Numbered from the whole stretch's first letter, positions 1 to 17,100 are shown. The stretch is 63,910 nucleotides of DNA, filler included, from Bipalium vagum (GCA_037834085.1; 3 parts of 3 records of this genome joined end to end with filler, not necessarily neighbours in it), one strand, 5' to 3'. Notes: generated from the letters alone by a model not told the origin. Numbers and translations are program-made.

Positions 1-250
1 ATCGTTTTCTACAATCTTTTTCCACCTGTCAGGAAGTTTTTTAAAACCATCTGCATAAAATGACAAAGGTTTTGAAGTAAAAAGATATAATGGAAATATG
101 GCAAATACATCATAATTTCCCTATCAATAAATCAATTTTATCGTCTTCAAAGAAAACCTTCTGTTCATTTTTTAGACTAATTTCAATCTTGTTAATTTCT
201 GGCACACAAAAAATATTTTAACTATCCCTTCTAAACTCATTTAAAATGGT
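1..250 (-). mobile_element. mariner transposase 3' remnant (truncated at window edge)
   Basis: Reverse complement of 1-80 translates FTSKPLSFYADGFKKLPDRWKKIVEND, typical of the mariner C-terminus. Right boundary approximate. Confidence 0.6.
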
Positions 251-428
251 AATATTGAACAATATCTGAACAATCTCATCATAATATTAAAAAATCAGTT
301 ACATTTTCCTCAACCTATTAAAATTATTTCAATACTATAATTTTACAGATGTGCTTAAAATAATTTATAATCTAACATTTTTTAAAATTTATTTTTGCAA
401 TATCATTATCCAATTGTTCTAAACTCAG

Positions 429-3400
429 GTACCGAAAACTAAGCTTTTTATCAATGGTAAATTTGTCGACTCAGAAACTAAAGATTGGATAGACTTGCAC
501 AATCCCGTAAGTTACAACAATGTGCTGGCCAATGATTTATTTTCACTATCTAGGCCACCAATGAACTTGTTACAAGAGTTCCGAAAACCACGAAGGCTGA
601 AATGGAAAAGGCAGTTCAGTCTTGCGTTGAAGCCCATCAGAGTTGGTCACAGCGATCTGTGATCAACAGACAGCAATATATGTTCAAACTCCAGGAATTG
701 ATTAAAAGAGATCTGGTGAGTAAACGAAATTGTTTAAGTGATAAATATTGATGTGATCTAGAAAAAAATTGCTGCCAACATTACAACTGAACAAGGAAAG
801 ACTTTAGCAGATGCTGAAGGCGATGTGATGCGTGGGTTACAAGTAGTTGAACACTGTTGCAGTATAACAAGTCTTCAACTCGGTGAAACAATGTCCGGAA
901 TTGCGAAAGATATGGACTTGATTAGTTACAGGGAATCTCTAGGTGTCACAGCTGGAATTACACCATTCAATTTTCCAGCTATGATTCCTCTTTGGGTGTA
1001 CTTATCTTCCGGTATTTTAACGTTTTAATTTGTCAACTCAGATGTTTCCAATGGCCTTGGTATGTGGCAATACCAGTTTAATGAAACCCAGTGAACGAGA
1101 CCCCGGTGCTACTATGATGCTGATGGAATTGTGTTGCGAAGCAGGGTTTCCACCTGGTGTTGTGAACGTTATCCACGGTCAACATGAGGCCGTTGACTTT
1201 ATTTGTGATCATCCAGCCATTCGAGCCATTTCCTTCGTTGGTAGTGACAACGCTGGAAAGTACATATACGATAGAGGATCAAAGAACGGGAAAAGAGTTC
1301 AAGCAAATATGGTACAAGAACTTTCTGACTCCAGAAAGGTTGATCAAGCATTTATAATAGGGTGCCAAAAATCACGGTGTAATTATGCCCGACGCCAGAA
1401 AGGATGTTACAATCAATCAATTAGTTGGAGCTGCGTTCGGTGCCGCTGGACAACGTTGTATGGCATTAAGTACAGCAGTTTTTGTCGGAAATACCAACCA
1501 GTGGATCAAAGATGTTGTAGAACGTGCTAAAAAACTCAAAGTGTCAGCTGGAACAGTACCAGATGCTGATCTGGGTCCTGTAATTAGTAAAGAAGCCAAG
1601 GAACGAATTTGTTCATTGATCGAGTCAGGGAAGAAGGAAGGAGCTAAAATTGATCTTGATGGCAGGTAAATTTAAAGGAATAATTATAAAAACTGTTTTT
1701 TAAATATTCAACTCATTAAATATTTTTTTAACGTTCGGTTTTGAATTCTTTTTTTAAAATTTTATTTTTCGACTTTCTTTTATCAGATTTTGTCATTTTT
1801 TGAACAAAGGAAGAAGAATTAAATATTTATGAAATGAAAATGTACAATTTTTTAAAAAATGTTGTAATGAAAATTTGGTTGTTACTATTATATTATAAGA
1901 CATTATTGTGATATCATGAGAATTTTAAATTCGTGTATTATAAAGATTAAAAGAATAAAATACAATTTAAAATGATTTACTAAAATCAATAAATCTTTAG
2001 TTTTAAAAAATAAATAATAATTAAATAACAATATAAAAATGTTTAAAATAAATTTACATCAATAAATAAAATCATTAAATTTTTAATATTTAAAGTATGT
2101 TTTAAAAGTCACTATCTGATTCAAAATGTACTTTAAATTTCGAAAAACAAATTTTATGTTCGGAAAATTCTTTATTCAAAAAAGCTAAATAAATAGATTT
2201 CTACATAATAACAAAACGGCATTTGGTTTCACGAAACACATTTCCTATCATTTTTGGTAAGATCTGCTGAACTGCAATAAAATTAAATAACAAATTTTTT
2301 AAGAGCTGACAGATAAAGCTATGAGAGAGTGGGTAATGAAATTTTAGAGGACTGGATCTGTTCACGATATTAAAAGTGAACGTCCAAGAAAATCTGATGA
2401 AAGATGTCAAATGATTAGTTGTACATTTGAACAAGAACCTCATTTATTGGTTCGTGAGGCTAGAAATTTGCTAGATATTCCATGTGTCAGTCTATAGAAT
2501 CTTGCGAACTGTTTTGAAAAAAAATCTATCATATTCAAGTTTTTCATCATTTACAAGTAGAGGATTATTCTAACAGAGATGTTATGTGAAAAAACCTGAT
2601 TGATCAAATTTATTGAATAACATACTTTAGTGATGAGGCGATCTTCCACACTTTTGAAAGTTAACTTCACAATTGTCGCATTTCGGAAATCAAAAAGTCA
2701 ACTGAACTTCTTGAATATCAGAAAGATTTGTTGAAAGTGAATGCTTGACTAAGGTTGACAAATCAGAAAGTGTATTAACCTTATTTTTTTGGTTACGGTT
2801 ACAGGAGCAGTATATCTGGAGATACTTCAAAATTTATTGGAACCACTACTACTTACTGTTGGCATTTTTGACTCAGTTGTGTTTCAGCAGGATGAAGCAT
2901 CTTGTCATTATGCAAATATTGTCTGAGAAAAACTTAAATAAAACATTCCTTAATCACTGGATTTGTCGTGGTGGGCTATAATTATGAGTGGTGCGCACTT
3001 CAGATTTTTATGTTTGAGAATTCACTAAGTCTAATGTATACATACTGGTAGGAGAATTAAAAATGCTGCTGAACTTTAAAATCTAATTATGAATTGAATC
3101 ATTAACAATGCTATTTGATATTGAGGCACTTTCAATAGAGTCTTTATAGATAATTTAAGGTTATGTGTTTGTTTCTTTATGTGAAATAAACATGCGGCTG
3201 TCCGTTGAATTTTATACAACATTGTCGAACAATCAAAGTTGAAGTTCTGACATTTGGGATTTGTAATCATTTGACCTCATAATATATTAAGTGCACTTAG
3301 AGAGGTTGAAAAACCTTTCTTCCTACAGGATGACGCACAATCTAATATTCACTTTATTATAAGAATTTTTCGTTTGACTACATAGAAAGAAGAAAAACTT

Positions 3401-6326
3401 AACCTTAATTTTTCAAATATGGGTTTTCGCTTAGCAGTTGTGTGATTTTATTATATTTAAACTAAAAGAAAAAAGACAGCAGAAAGAGTTTAATATCCTT
3501 ATTACTAAATAAAGTTTATAGTGTGATAAATCAGTTTTTATTAAATTTGTTTAAAAACTAATTCTTCAAAAATTACAAACAAATTAATAAATAAATAACT
3601 TTTCTGCATCTCTAATATTATATTTGTTTTAATTAAATAAAATTTTATAAGTTCTGTTATTTACATTATTATTTCAAATTTCCATGGTCTGATATCCTAG
3701 TTATACTGACGTTATACTATCATACTCAAAAACTTTTTTTTGCAAATCCCAAACATGGTATTTTTGGCTGGTCCTGTGTTCTTCAGCAGTACATCTTTGA
3801 TTTCCTGAAGACTATATCATGTAGCTATAACGGTTTCAAAAACAGAATATATTAGGTTGTATAATTAGATCGATACATAATTATTATTTACATTACATTT
3901 TTATTATAAATAAATCGATACTTTAACTACTTCACATAGAAGTATTATTTCAACAACACCCGGAAGTGATTTATTAAACAGCGGGTATATTGAAAACTTC
4001 TTTACAAATTTATTTTTCACTGACAAAATTTGATCCTTTTTTATGTCTTTTTGTGTATTATGAATTATTAAAAGTAAAGAAAACTGATGTTGTATCTAAA
4101 TTATCAAAGGGCTATCAAAGTCTCGGGCTATGAAAAGGGAAATTTTATTGGTCCTACAGTCATTAGTAAAGTAAATCCCAATATGGAATGTTACAAAACG
4201 GAAATTTTCGGTCCCGTGTTGATTTGTCTTGAAGTTGATACATTGGAAGATGCTATTCAACTGATAAACAACAATCCTTACGGTAATGGCACGGCGATAT
4301 TTACAAATAGTGGTGCTACTGCAAGAAAATTCACACAAAAAGTTCAGGTTGGTCAAGTGGGTATCAACGTGCCCATTCCTGTTCCACTTCCAATGTTTAG
4401 CTTTACGGGTTCAAGAGGATCGTTTTTAGGAGATACAAATTTTTACGGAAAACAAGTAATTGTTAATTTTCTATTTTTTGAAAAAACAAAGAATATTTCA
4501 TCAATTTTCCTGTAAAATATCAATATATTATTATTTTATATTATTCAAAAACTAAAATAATAAAAAAAATTTATTTCACTACAGGCTTACTTATCCTAAT
4601 ATTATAAATCAGAGGTGGAGATTTTTAATATGGCCTCGACAACCATTCTAGTTTTTAATCATCTTGATATTTTAAAACTAAATATCCCATAAATTTAAAA
4701 TAAAATAGCATGTATAAACACTCATCTTTTTATTGTTATAATAATAATAATCTTTATTATAATTATTTTGTCTCTCTTTATTAACTTTATCGTCATAATT
4801 TTTTGGTTGTTTTTTAATGTTTCTTAACTTATTTCTCGGTTTCAATTATGTTGGGTTTACCCAAAACACCCACCCTTCCCAAATGAAAATTGTAAAAATA
4901 AAATAATAAGAATAATAATAATAATTGTGAAATTGTGCACAAAATGACGAAAATAATACTAAGAATAATAATTTTAGCTAATTAAAAAGGAAAAAAGGCA
5001 GTAAATTATTTTTTTGAGATCTAATCATGACAATGGCGAACCTAAATTGCTAAGATTAGATCAGGGTCCGCAAGGAGGGATAGATTTAGGATTAATGATC
5101 CTAAAATGGAATTGACATTTTCCATTAATAAAATTGGTCTACGATATATTAGTCGTCGATCAAAATACTATATAAATAGAAGGGTTTTCCCATAAATTCG
5201 CCCACAATCGCGAGAGTAACATTTGGAAGAAACTCTTAAGAGACAGTTTCAAGACATTCTTTGAAATTCGCAGAGATTCGTTAATATTCAGAAGACTATA
5301 ATTCTAAAGTATATTTTTAATACATTCAGTCCTGGGATTGTGTTTGAGTTTCCTACCAGAGGGCTTTTTCTGAGCAACTTTAAAGGCTCAGCTAATAGTC
5401 CGGGAAGCATAAACAAAGCTTTATAGTGTTGTATATATATATATATATATATATATGACTTTGCGTCTCAGCGAATGCTCATTTGGTTAGTTTTAATAAC
5501 GGAAGCCAATATCTTTAATAGCTTCTATGACCTTGAATTAATAAAAAGAAAAAAAAGATAAATAAAACATTATCAGTATTTTTCAAATGAATAATCTTTA
5601 TGAAATATAAAATTTTCTTTTTGATTCAGTGTCTGAGATTTTTAAGCTTTGAGTACTAATTTGAGAACTACTTGAAAATTGTTTTCACTTGTTCAAGATT
5701 AAGAGGAACTATTGATTTTTCAACGAGTATTTCATCGATCTAAAAGGTGCACAATATGACAATGTCTAAGTCTGTTTATTAAAGCTTCAAGTGTATTATT
5801 TTTACACTGTGTAAAGCGTGTTCGGTGACCTGGACCATGGTCATGTTAATAAATGTTTTCTATTAATTCGTGTAGAATTATGCATGTAAACAGTGATTAA
5901 AAACTTTTAAATGACACTTAAATTAAATTTAACCTGTTTTATAATTTGTTTTATACAGTCTAAAATTTCTCCTCACTCTACCCATTATAAATTTTCTTAA
6001 CTAACTTTTCTTGTATTTCAAAACAAAGTAGATTTTTCTTAATCCTCATTAAATTTTTTGGCAGTAGATTATTCAGGTAATTAGTAAGAATCATTATAAT
6101 CTTTCAAAAACTTTTCCCAAAGTTTTATATTTGACTATAAAAAATGACTACCAAAGATTAAAATATACATTTAATAAAAAGGCAAATAACATCAATATTA
6201 AAAGGATCGTATATATAGGGAATCAACTTCTACACCCAAGTCAAAACTGTGACCCAATTGTGGCGAGAAGAAGACGCTGATGCTGATGTGAAAGAATCTG
6301 CAACGAATTTTCCCATTATTCGTTGA
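429..6326 (+). CDS. ALDH6A1: methylmalonate-semialdehyde dehydrogenase (acylating), ALDH6 family; 5'-partial
   Basis: Exons join(429..506,554..715,762..995,1042..1311,1361..1665,4110..4455,6219..6326), all GT-AG and phase-consistent, 1503 nt = 500 aa + TGA. Motifs: [54 protein letters not shown], catalytic [53 protein letters not shown]. The start/mitochondrial presequence exon was not identified. Confidence 0.95.
2250..3120 (+). mobile_element. decayed Tc1/mariner-superfamily transposon (rosa/DD41D-like) in ALDH6A1 intron
   Basis: FSDEAIFH (2626-2649), [11 protein letters not shown] (from 2882) and WICRGG; many stops and frameshifts. Boundaries approximate. Confidence 0.65.
4849..5420 (+). 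mobile_element. partial solo LTR (divergent relative of the 17449-18355 / 55425-56471 family)
   Basis: Starts TGTTGGGTT like the 55425 copy, followed by an (AAT)-rich tract, ATTGG box and CTATATAAA...TTCCCATAAA block shared with 55760-55800. 3' end not resolved; runs into (TA)n. Confidence 0.55.
5432..5456. repeat. (TA)n microsatellite
   Basis: Direct observation. Confidence 0.95.
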
Positions 6327-6870
6327 TCATTGATTGACGAATTATTGTAATACCACTGATGTTATGTATTTTGTGTTTATCATGTCATAATTATTCTAAT
6401 CTTAAATTTTCTTTTCAATTTTATTATTTTACAACTAAATTTACAATTTATTTAAAATTACTGCATTCAAAATTCTTGACTGATAATTTAGGTGTCTATG
6501 TATAAATTTATTCATATTTTTTTCAAATTGGATTTATATAAATGACAAGACGACTTTTTTAAGTTTATAGAATACATATATATTATATTAATATACATTT
6601 AATTGTAATAGCGTGATAGAACGTTTTTCGAAATATTTATGATTTGCTAAGGAAAATTTTCCTAAAATAGAAAACCTAATGAATTTTTATAAGAATTAGT
6701 TTAGAAAATTTAAGTGATTTTATTGAATGCAGATAAAGGTAAAATAATTCTGAAATTCTCAAAATTTGTTTATATACTACTTCATATTATTCTAGGTTTG
6801 AATTTTAATGATTTTAATAAATCCAATGAGTTTAAATTCCGAACAATTCGATTTCCACAAATAAAATAAA

Positions 6871-7290
6871 TGTTACTAATGATCTACTTGAGCTTCCTTA
6901 TAAATCTCCTAACTTTGACATCGAATTAATTGCCGTAAACTGTAGTCAGCGAATCATCCGAACATTCACTGCTGCGTCGAGGTGTCCTCCCTCTTTTCCC
7001 TTACCTTATTGATCAATGCTGAAACTGGGAGTCTTGAACTCACTCAATCGAGGTAAATAATAAAACCTCTTTTCATCTCTTTAACCAAACTTCAGTATAT
7101 CCTCTTTCCTCATTTACTAATGCAGTACCGGGAGTTTAGTGGGAGGTCAACTCGAACGTATTCGACTGATTATGGAAAGTATTTAATTCTCTCCCTTTAT
7201 CTTCCCTTTTCCATTAATAAGTGGAACATAGAGCTTCATTTATTCACCTCAGCTCGAACGTATTCGCCTGAGTTGAATAATTAATTATTT
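6871..7290 (-). repeat. interspersed LTR-like repeat, family 2
   Basis: Begins TGTTA; the reverse complement aligns by eye with 52560-52925 (TTATTCAACTCAGGCGAATACGTTCGAGCTGAGGTGAATAA vs TTATTTAGCTCGGGCGAACACATTTGAGCTGAACTGAATAA). Contains an internal duplication CTCGAACGTATTCG at ~7151 and ~7253. Confidence 0.55.
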
Positions 7291-7984
7291 TATACTGAAA
7301 AATAAATGTTTATTTTTTATGTTGAAAATGTGTAATAACAAGTTCAAAATTTTAATTTATTTAAGTGTTTATTAATGTTGTTTATAAATACTATTATTGT
7401 AGCTATTTATTATCAATTATTATTATTGATAAATAAAATATGTTAAAACAGATATGGTGCATATTGAAAATTTTAAATGAGAAATCTAGCACAAATATGC
7501 ATTCATAGTAATAAAATAGTAATCAAGTCACTCATACTAAAAAAATATATGAAAATATAATTTAAATTCCTTTAAATAATGATCAGCTAAGAACAGTTTC
7601 TCTATAAAAAGTGACAGAAAAGAATGAAAATGATTGAAAAAATAATTTACTTATTAATTTATTTCAGGTAATGAATATTGTTAGGGTAGACAAAAACAAT
7701 TTAACGCAATCAATTATTATCTTAAAAATAAACTCCTCTACAAAAAAATTTCAAATTTTTATTTAAATATATAATTTCAATTTATATATAATCGTTGGAA
7801 TTTAATAGATATAAATAATAAGTAATTCAAATATTCTTAATAATTTTAAATATTCTTAATACTGTGTTAACATTTGGATGCAAATTTAATATTGAAGGTT
7901 AAGAGAAACTGGTACAAATCAATGGCACATATATGGCCGGAGAATGGAAAATAGAAAATGATGTCAAATGCTCAAATGAGACAG

Positions 7985-8673
7985 TCAAGAGTAGGATATC
8001 GTGCAATTGTGAGAATTTCACTGACTTACACATCGAAAAAATCGTTTAGCCTGGGAAAATGAACATCTAGAATGGAGTGATGAGCAATGGAGATCTTTAT
8101 TATGGACAGAAGAATCCCGCTTCTCCCTAGATTTCAATTATGGTAGAATACAAGTCAGGCGCGTGAAAAACGAAAAATTTGCTGACTGCTGTATTAAACA
8201 GCATGATCGGTATGGCGGTGGAAGCTCCATGATCTGGTGTGGCATATGGTGGGAGGGTCGAACGACCGCATTTACTATTGATTGTTCATTAACTGTTGCA
8301 CGGTATCTGAATGAGATTGTTAACCAGCACATCATTCCAAATATTGCTGAACACAATCTTATGTTGCAGCAAGATAATACCAGGCCCCACACTGGTAAAA
8401 TAGTAACTGGTGCTTTGCATTCCTCAAATGTTCCAGTTCTTCCATGGCCTGCACGATCTCCTGATATGTCACCTATTGAATATGCTTGGGATGATCTTGG
8501 GCGACGTGTCAGAGAAATTTATGATCAAACTGCCACTACTACAGTAGATATGGCAAACAGATTAAAAGAACAGTGGCAGTAAATTCCACAACATAATTTT
8601 CAAAATTTGATTGCAAGCATGAGAAAAAGATCACATGAATATAGTAGCAAACGGGGAGGTCATAAGAGTAACT
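7985..8673 (+). mobile_element. Tc1-like (DD34E) transposase remnant
   Basis: LWTEESRF (first Asp appears as Glu), YGGGSSMIWCGI, QQDNTRPH, WPARSPDMSPIEYAWDDLGRRV; premature stop at 8580-8582. Confidence 0.85.
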
Positions 8674-9726
8674 AATTGTCAATTGATGTTTTAATTAATT
8701 GTCAAATGGATATTTTCACTTGTGTAATGATTAATAAAATTATTTTACAGAAATTTTATTTTTTATGTTTGTAGTACTTTTTTATGAGTATATTATGCTA
8801 TTATTATAAAAAACTCCATATCGTTAATTGAACTCTTGATCTCTAATTATTTTCAAGTTTAATCAAAAAATATTGACAAAAATCCTGGTAATGGGGAATC
8901 TGAGGAACGAAATCGACATCTAATAACGTCAGTAAAAATAAATATAGATTTTTAATTAATTTTGGTGATGTGTGCAAGCAGTAAAAAATATCCTTATCAG
9001 ACATTCGTTATAATTTTGAAAACCATAGGGTGAATTCCAACAGTATAATTATATCAGTAACAATTTTATTTAAGAGAACTCTTTGCACGCGGCAAAATGT
9101 TTAAACGCTTTTTATATTAAAAAACCCAGACAATGCCTGTAGTTCGGTCAGAAATATTACCAAAACATCAACAAATAATTATTTTTTCGAAATCTACTTA
9201 TTTTTAATTTTCTTAAAAACCTGTTAATTTATTTAAAAATAATTAATCAATTACGATATTTTGTGATTATAGTCATTTATACCTATCATTATCAATCATC
9301 ATTTATATTAGTTATTAATAACACTATTTTACTCATATCTTGACCTGGAACCTTGAAAAATTAAACGAAACCCAGAATTAAAAAATTTATTAATTATAGA
9401 TAAATTAAATTGAAAGTAATTTTCAATCCAATATTTAAAATATAAATAAAAAAGTTCACTTTAATTTAAATTATAATGGTTACCAGTGTATATTTAATGT
9501 ATGCAAAGTTATTTCAATATTAATGAAGTAAAATTCTAATTAAAAGACTGTCGCATGTAACATAATACTTGAAATATAAGATAGAATATTCTTATTAAAA
9601 TATTCGTATTAAAATGATGTTTGTTTAAATATTCAAATACATATGCTGGTTTTTCAAAACCCATTTCATATAAAAAATTAAAATATCATTCTTATTAATT
9701 TAAGCTGTCTTAACTTTCAATATTTT

Positions 9727-10775
<1,049 letters not shown>

Positions 10776-13091
10776 AAAAATATCTGTATATATATTAAAA
10801 CTACTTTGACCATGTAAATATATTTTTTTTAGTATTTTTATTTTTATACATTACATTTACAAAAAATATTTTTATTTTACGAAATGAGATTGTTATTTGA
10901 ATAAATAATAAAATTCTTTCTTATTGATTAATATTTCCCATTATATGAAATATAAATTTATTAATTAAAAATTTTAATATTGAAATTCTTTTTTTAATCA
11001 ATACAAATTACTCTAAAATAATGAATTTACAAATTTTAGTTTCATTAAATTCTTTGTAAAAAATTGTTTAAAATTATAAACCCCAAATCATTCTTTGATT
11101 GAATTAATTCTAGTTGCTGAAATTGAACCTTGTAATCTTTTAATTAATTTAAAATTCAATAATAGAGTTAATAAAATTTTAATTATTGGGCTTAGTTTTA
11201 AAAAAGTTGTTTTCTGTCTAACATTTGAATTAATATTAAAATATTTCAACAATAATAAAGAATTAAAGATAATTAAGTGTAGTAATTAATAAATGAAGTC
11301 ATTCTCGAAGAGTAATTTTAATCAATTGTGTTTTTGAGATAGTTAAAAGTACAAAGATTTAAAATAAATTAATTATAAAAGTATCTATTAAAAATATTAT
11401 ACCTATGAAAACGAATTTCAATAATAATTCTTTGTATCTATAGTTTCTATCCTTTGTAAAATGTGATTATGGACAAAAACTATTATTGATAAATAATAGA
11501 AACATTTAAAGTCAACACAAAGTTGAATATATTTCTAAAGAATATTTTGTTAACCGAATATACAGTAACAAATCTTAGCAAAAACAGATTCACAATTTAT
11601 CTTTAATGAGTAATAATATATTAAGAAAATGTAAAATTATTTTTTTAATATTTTTTTTATTGAAAGATTTCCAATAATACCTGAAAATTAAAAATAATCA
11701 AAAATATATTATTGTTACAAAAAAATTTATTTACAAAGAAAATTGTAAACAAATATTTTAATTAAACCTTTAGATTTTGGTATCAGGAAAATCTTAATTA
11801 AATTATTACTTTCGCCTGCTTTGAATATCAAGGTTAGTTGATATTGTCTGAAATCTCGGAATTCTTCAAAATTCTAATCCAAAATTATCTTTGGATTGTA
11901 ATATTCTTTGTAATGTTACCTAAACGCTCGTCAATTTTTTTATGAATTTTAATGGTTTAAGTTACAATATTTTTCAAATCAGTATTTATATTGGTTGACT
12001 ACATTTTATTTGCATTGGCGGGTAGAAACAAAAGCTTTCTCTACAATTTTTGTTTTTAAAGTTTCGAGTTTTAATTTTTTAGGTTTAATTTTCTTATGTT
12101 AATTTACTCACTTTCAATATATTTGTAATTAATATTTATACAATTATTTAAATTTACAATTTGATATACATTATAATTACATAATTATAATATTCTTCTA
12201 TAAAATATTTGATATAATTAGGTTTCTAGGCTGATTTTTTTTGATTCAATGAACTGAATTTTCCAGTTTTGTAAAACCACCATAATTACACCAAGTTCAA
12301 AATTGTTAAAACAGATTAATTTTTAAAAATGCTTACTGAAAATACTTTTGGATATGTATTTTCAGAGGTATCAAGATGATTATTTGGACACAGATTCCTG
12401 TTTAAGTAGCATTATGCCAGATTTAAATTCTTTTAGAAAGTTACCACTGTGTTAAAAAGAAGTAGATGTTTAACTTCAACTTGTTGATACTTCCCAAATG
12501 CATTCTTATCATTCAATTTTAAATACTGTCGACTTTGAAGTCGTGATTCATAAAATGTTTAAGAAATTATTTTATTTTTAAAGGATAAATATAGCAGGAA
12601 TTTATATACAAATAAGGATTTCTAATCATTATATTAAGGTATTTTATAAATTATATATATAGTGAAAATTTATACTTATTATTAATTATGTCTAAATCTT
12701 ATGAAAAATAAAAAAATTTAGTAATATAAAATAATTATAAATTTTAAAGCATTTTTATAAAATAATTTCATTAATATCTTAAGAAAAAACATAATGTATA
12801 TTAATTTTAATAAATATTTGATTATGTTTATAATACATTGTTATAATAAATTAATTCGTCAAAGATAAAGCAATGTTTTTAATATTAAATATATAGAGCA
12901 TATTAGCCAATTTAATTTAATCAAATTATTATATTAATGCTTATATGTCATTTAATAATTAAAATTTTAAATTATTGATAAAATTTAAATGATTTTGAAA
13001 TATGCTTCGTTATTAAAATTCTCTTCTATTAATTAATTTATTTACTGATTTTAGATTGTGAAAAATAATATTTCTACAATATTATATAATT

Positions 13092-15015
<1,924 letters not shown>

Positions 15016-15726
15016 TCCTTCTCTCTCTCCCATCTTTCCTGGAGGAACACCGAGGATGATCATGGTTTTTTTTATTTCCCAAGACCCACTTCTCTTTGTT
15101 TTGGCTATCGATTTCCCCCTGTAAATATATATCGGAAATTAATTGCCTCGTGTACTGGAGAGAGATTCGTTGTAAATACCTCTCAACTATTTTGTCAAAT
15201 CAATCATTGTTCTCGAGCCCTTCTCTTTCTTTTTCTCTCTCTCTCTCGTTTCTTTGTCTCCTCTTTCTCTCGCGCTGCCCTCCAATTCCAGTCTAGGAAA
15301 TTTGTGAATAGTCAATATAAATATATATTTCAAGTTATCTCTTATTTTAACGAGAATAACTGAGATTTTGATTGTGTTTTGCGATGGATTTTTCTTTTAT
15401 TCCTTTGTGTATCATAACAACCGTTCATTGATTTGTGAATTTTGCATTTAATTCTTTTTTGTGCATCATTTTTGGAAGAGATTGAGAGAGAGAAAAATCA
15501 GAGAGTCGTAATTTCTAAATCTACGGTTTTGGCGCGAAGAAGATTTTTTGCTGCTAAAATATTACTGTTGTGCGATAAGCTTTTTTATTACAATTTTAAT
15601 GTTTTGTTCGTTTTTTTACTATTAATGCTTCTCTTCGTCGTGTATATTGAAATATTTTACCGTATGAATCACTCTCTGTTCCATTATTTTTCACGTTATC
15701 ACTGCTATTATTGATCTGTTTGTGTT

Positions 15727-15732
15727 AATAAA
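15727..15732 (+). promoter_or_regulatory. candidate polyadenylation signal of YY1 paralog B
   Basis: AATAAA about 710 nt after the stop, following a CT-rich/T-rich 3'UTR-like tract; weak evidence in AT-rich DNA. Confidence 0.35.
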
Positions 15733-15737
15733 TTTGT

Positions 15738-17100
15738 CTGAATAGTTAATGAAAGTTGTTAGTTCTCAATTGCATTACGCAATTGCATAATTACAGAAAA
15801 TATATTTGCTGGAAAATGAAACCTGTTAGGTACTGCAACTAATTTCTGATTTTTAAAATAATAATTATTTAATGATCGTGATATTATATACTACATTTCG
15901 ATAGGTAACAATTGACATACACAGACAGAATATAATAATGTTCTAACTGGTCAAAATTGCCTAAATTTGATTAATTTCCTAATGATTTAAGTGCCAATGT
16001 GTTTGAAATATCATAAAAATGCATTTTTTCCTGAAAAGTCTGCCTATTAAAATTTTGGAGATTAGTACTGAGTTGTTTCTTTTTTTATTAACTTTAGGGT
16101 ATTTTTATTTAAAAATGCAAAATCAATTATTTTAAAACTTTATTCCAGATAAACAATTATGAAATATGCAATAACATCGAACTAGTAAGTTGTTTAATTG
16201 TTTCAATGTCATTCCTATGCTGGTGCGGTCGGAATGTTAATATCAATCGATTTATAATCAGAAATAAAATTCATTTTTTGAATAAATAATAAAAAAATTT
16301 TCTCAGACCTGGAAATTCCTTTTATTAAATTTTAAAATGTCATTCATACTTTTTCATAGTTACCTTGAAAGTATGAATTAAAATCAGTTATAGTAAATGC
16401 AGATTATTTTATTCTACAATTATTTTTTATCTCACAAATATTGATAAAGTGAATGACACTGGAAGTCAAGTAAAGGATAATGGTTGTTTTTGAAAAGAAT
16501 GGTTTTGAATTCAGATACATTTGTGAACTTCAATTATATTTCGCAATAGTTTTGAATATTCCAATTAGTATTTGTGTTTTTTATTTTATCATTTAGATTA
16601 AAATTTGACTTTTGATGAGATTGGTGAGAGTTAACTCCTAAGACATTACTTCCTTAGTGCTATTGTTATGATTTATGTAATCTGATAAAAAAAATCAAAA
16701 TAACTAAAAATACATTCCTTTCTCAAGCAATTTTGAAAATTATTATTCTGTGATGGTTTATATGAATAGTTAATGAAAGTTGTTGGTTCTCAATTGCATA
16801 ATTACTGAAGTTTTTTTGATGTCTAATAAAACTGAAGATGTTGCAACTTAGTTTCCAATTTTTGTCTTACACGAACGTGATATTATTAATATACGTTACT
16901 GTTCAAAAGGTTTTAGTTGATAAATGTAGATTTTGAATTTAATAATTTTTCAAATGGTCAAAATTTTATAAAATTATTCAATTTCTAATAATTTAAAGTG
17001 CCTTTCTGAATTATGAAATAAAAAAATTTTGTAATTTGGAATCATTTTTGTTCAGCAATAAGTTTTCCTAATAATATTTTGAAAATTTAGAGTATTTGAA
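15738..17100 (+). repeat. diverged local direct duplication (~350 bp units at ~15738 and ~16762)
   Basis: TGAATAGTTAATGAAAGTTGTT(A/G)GTTCTCAATTGCAT occurs at both sites, followed by colinear blocks GCAACT, CGTGATATTAT, TGGTCAAAATT, TTTAA(A)GTGCC. Confidence 0.75.
16225..16350 (+). repeat. interspersed repeat, inverted copy at ~29180-29345
   Basis: TTTCTCAGACCTGGAAATTCCTTTTT and flanks match the reverse complement of AAAAAGGAATTTCCAGGTCTGAGAAAA at ~29231-29257. Confidence 0.7.

Noticed and set aside
1417-4356. Minus-strand ORFs 1417-1599 and 4096-4356
   Set aside because: Antisense shadows of ALDH6A1 exons.
7148-7275. CRISPR-like repeated CTCGAACGTATTCG
   Set aside because: Only two copies, inside a eukaryotic interspersed repeat; no array or cas genes.
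15096-15714. Hydrophobic ORFs 15096-15296 and 15442-15714
   Set aside because: Non-ATG starts in CT/T-rich probable 3'UTR.
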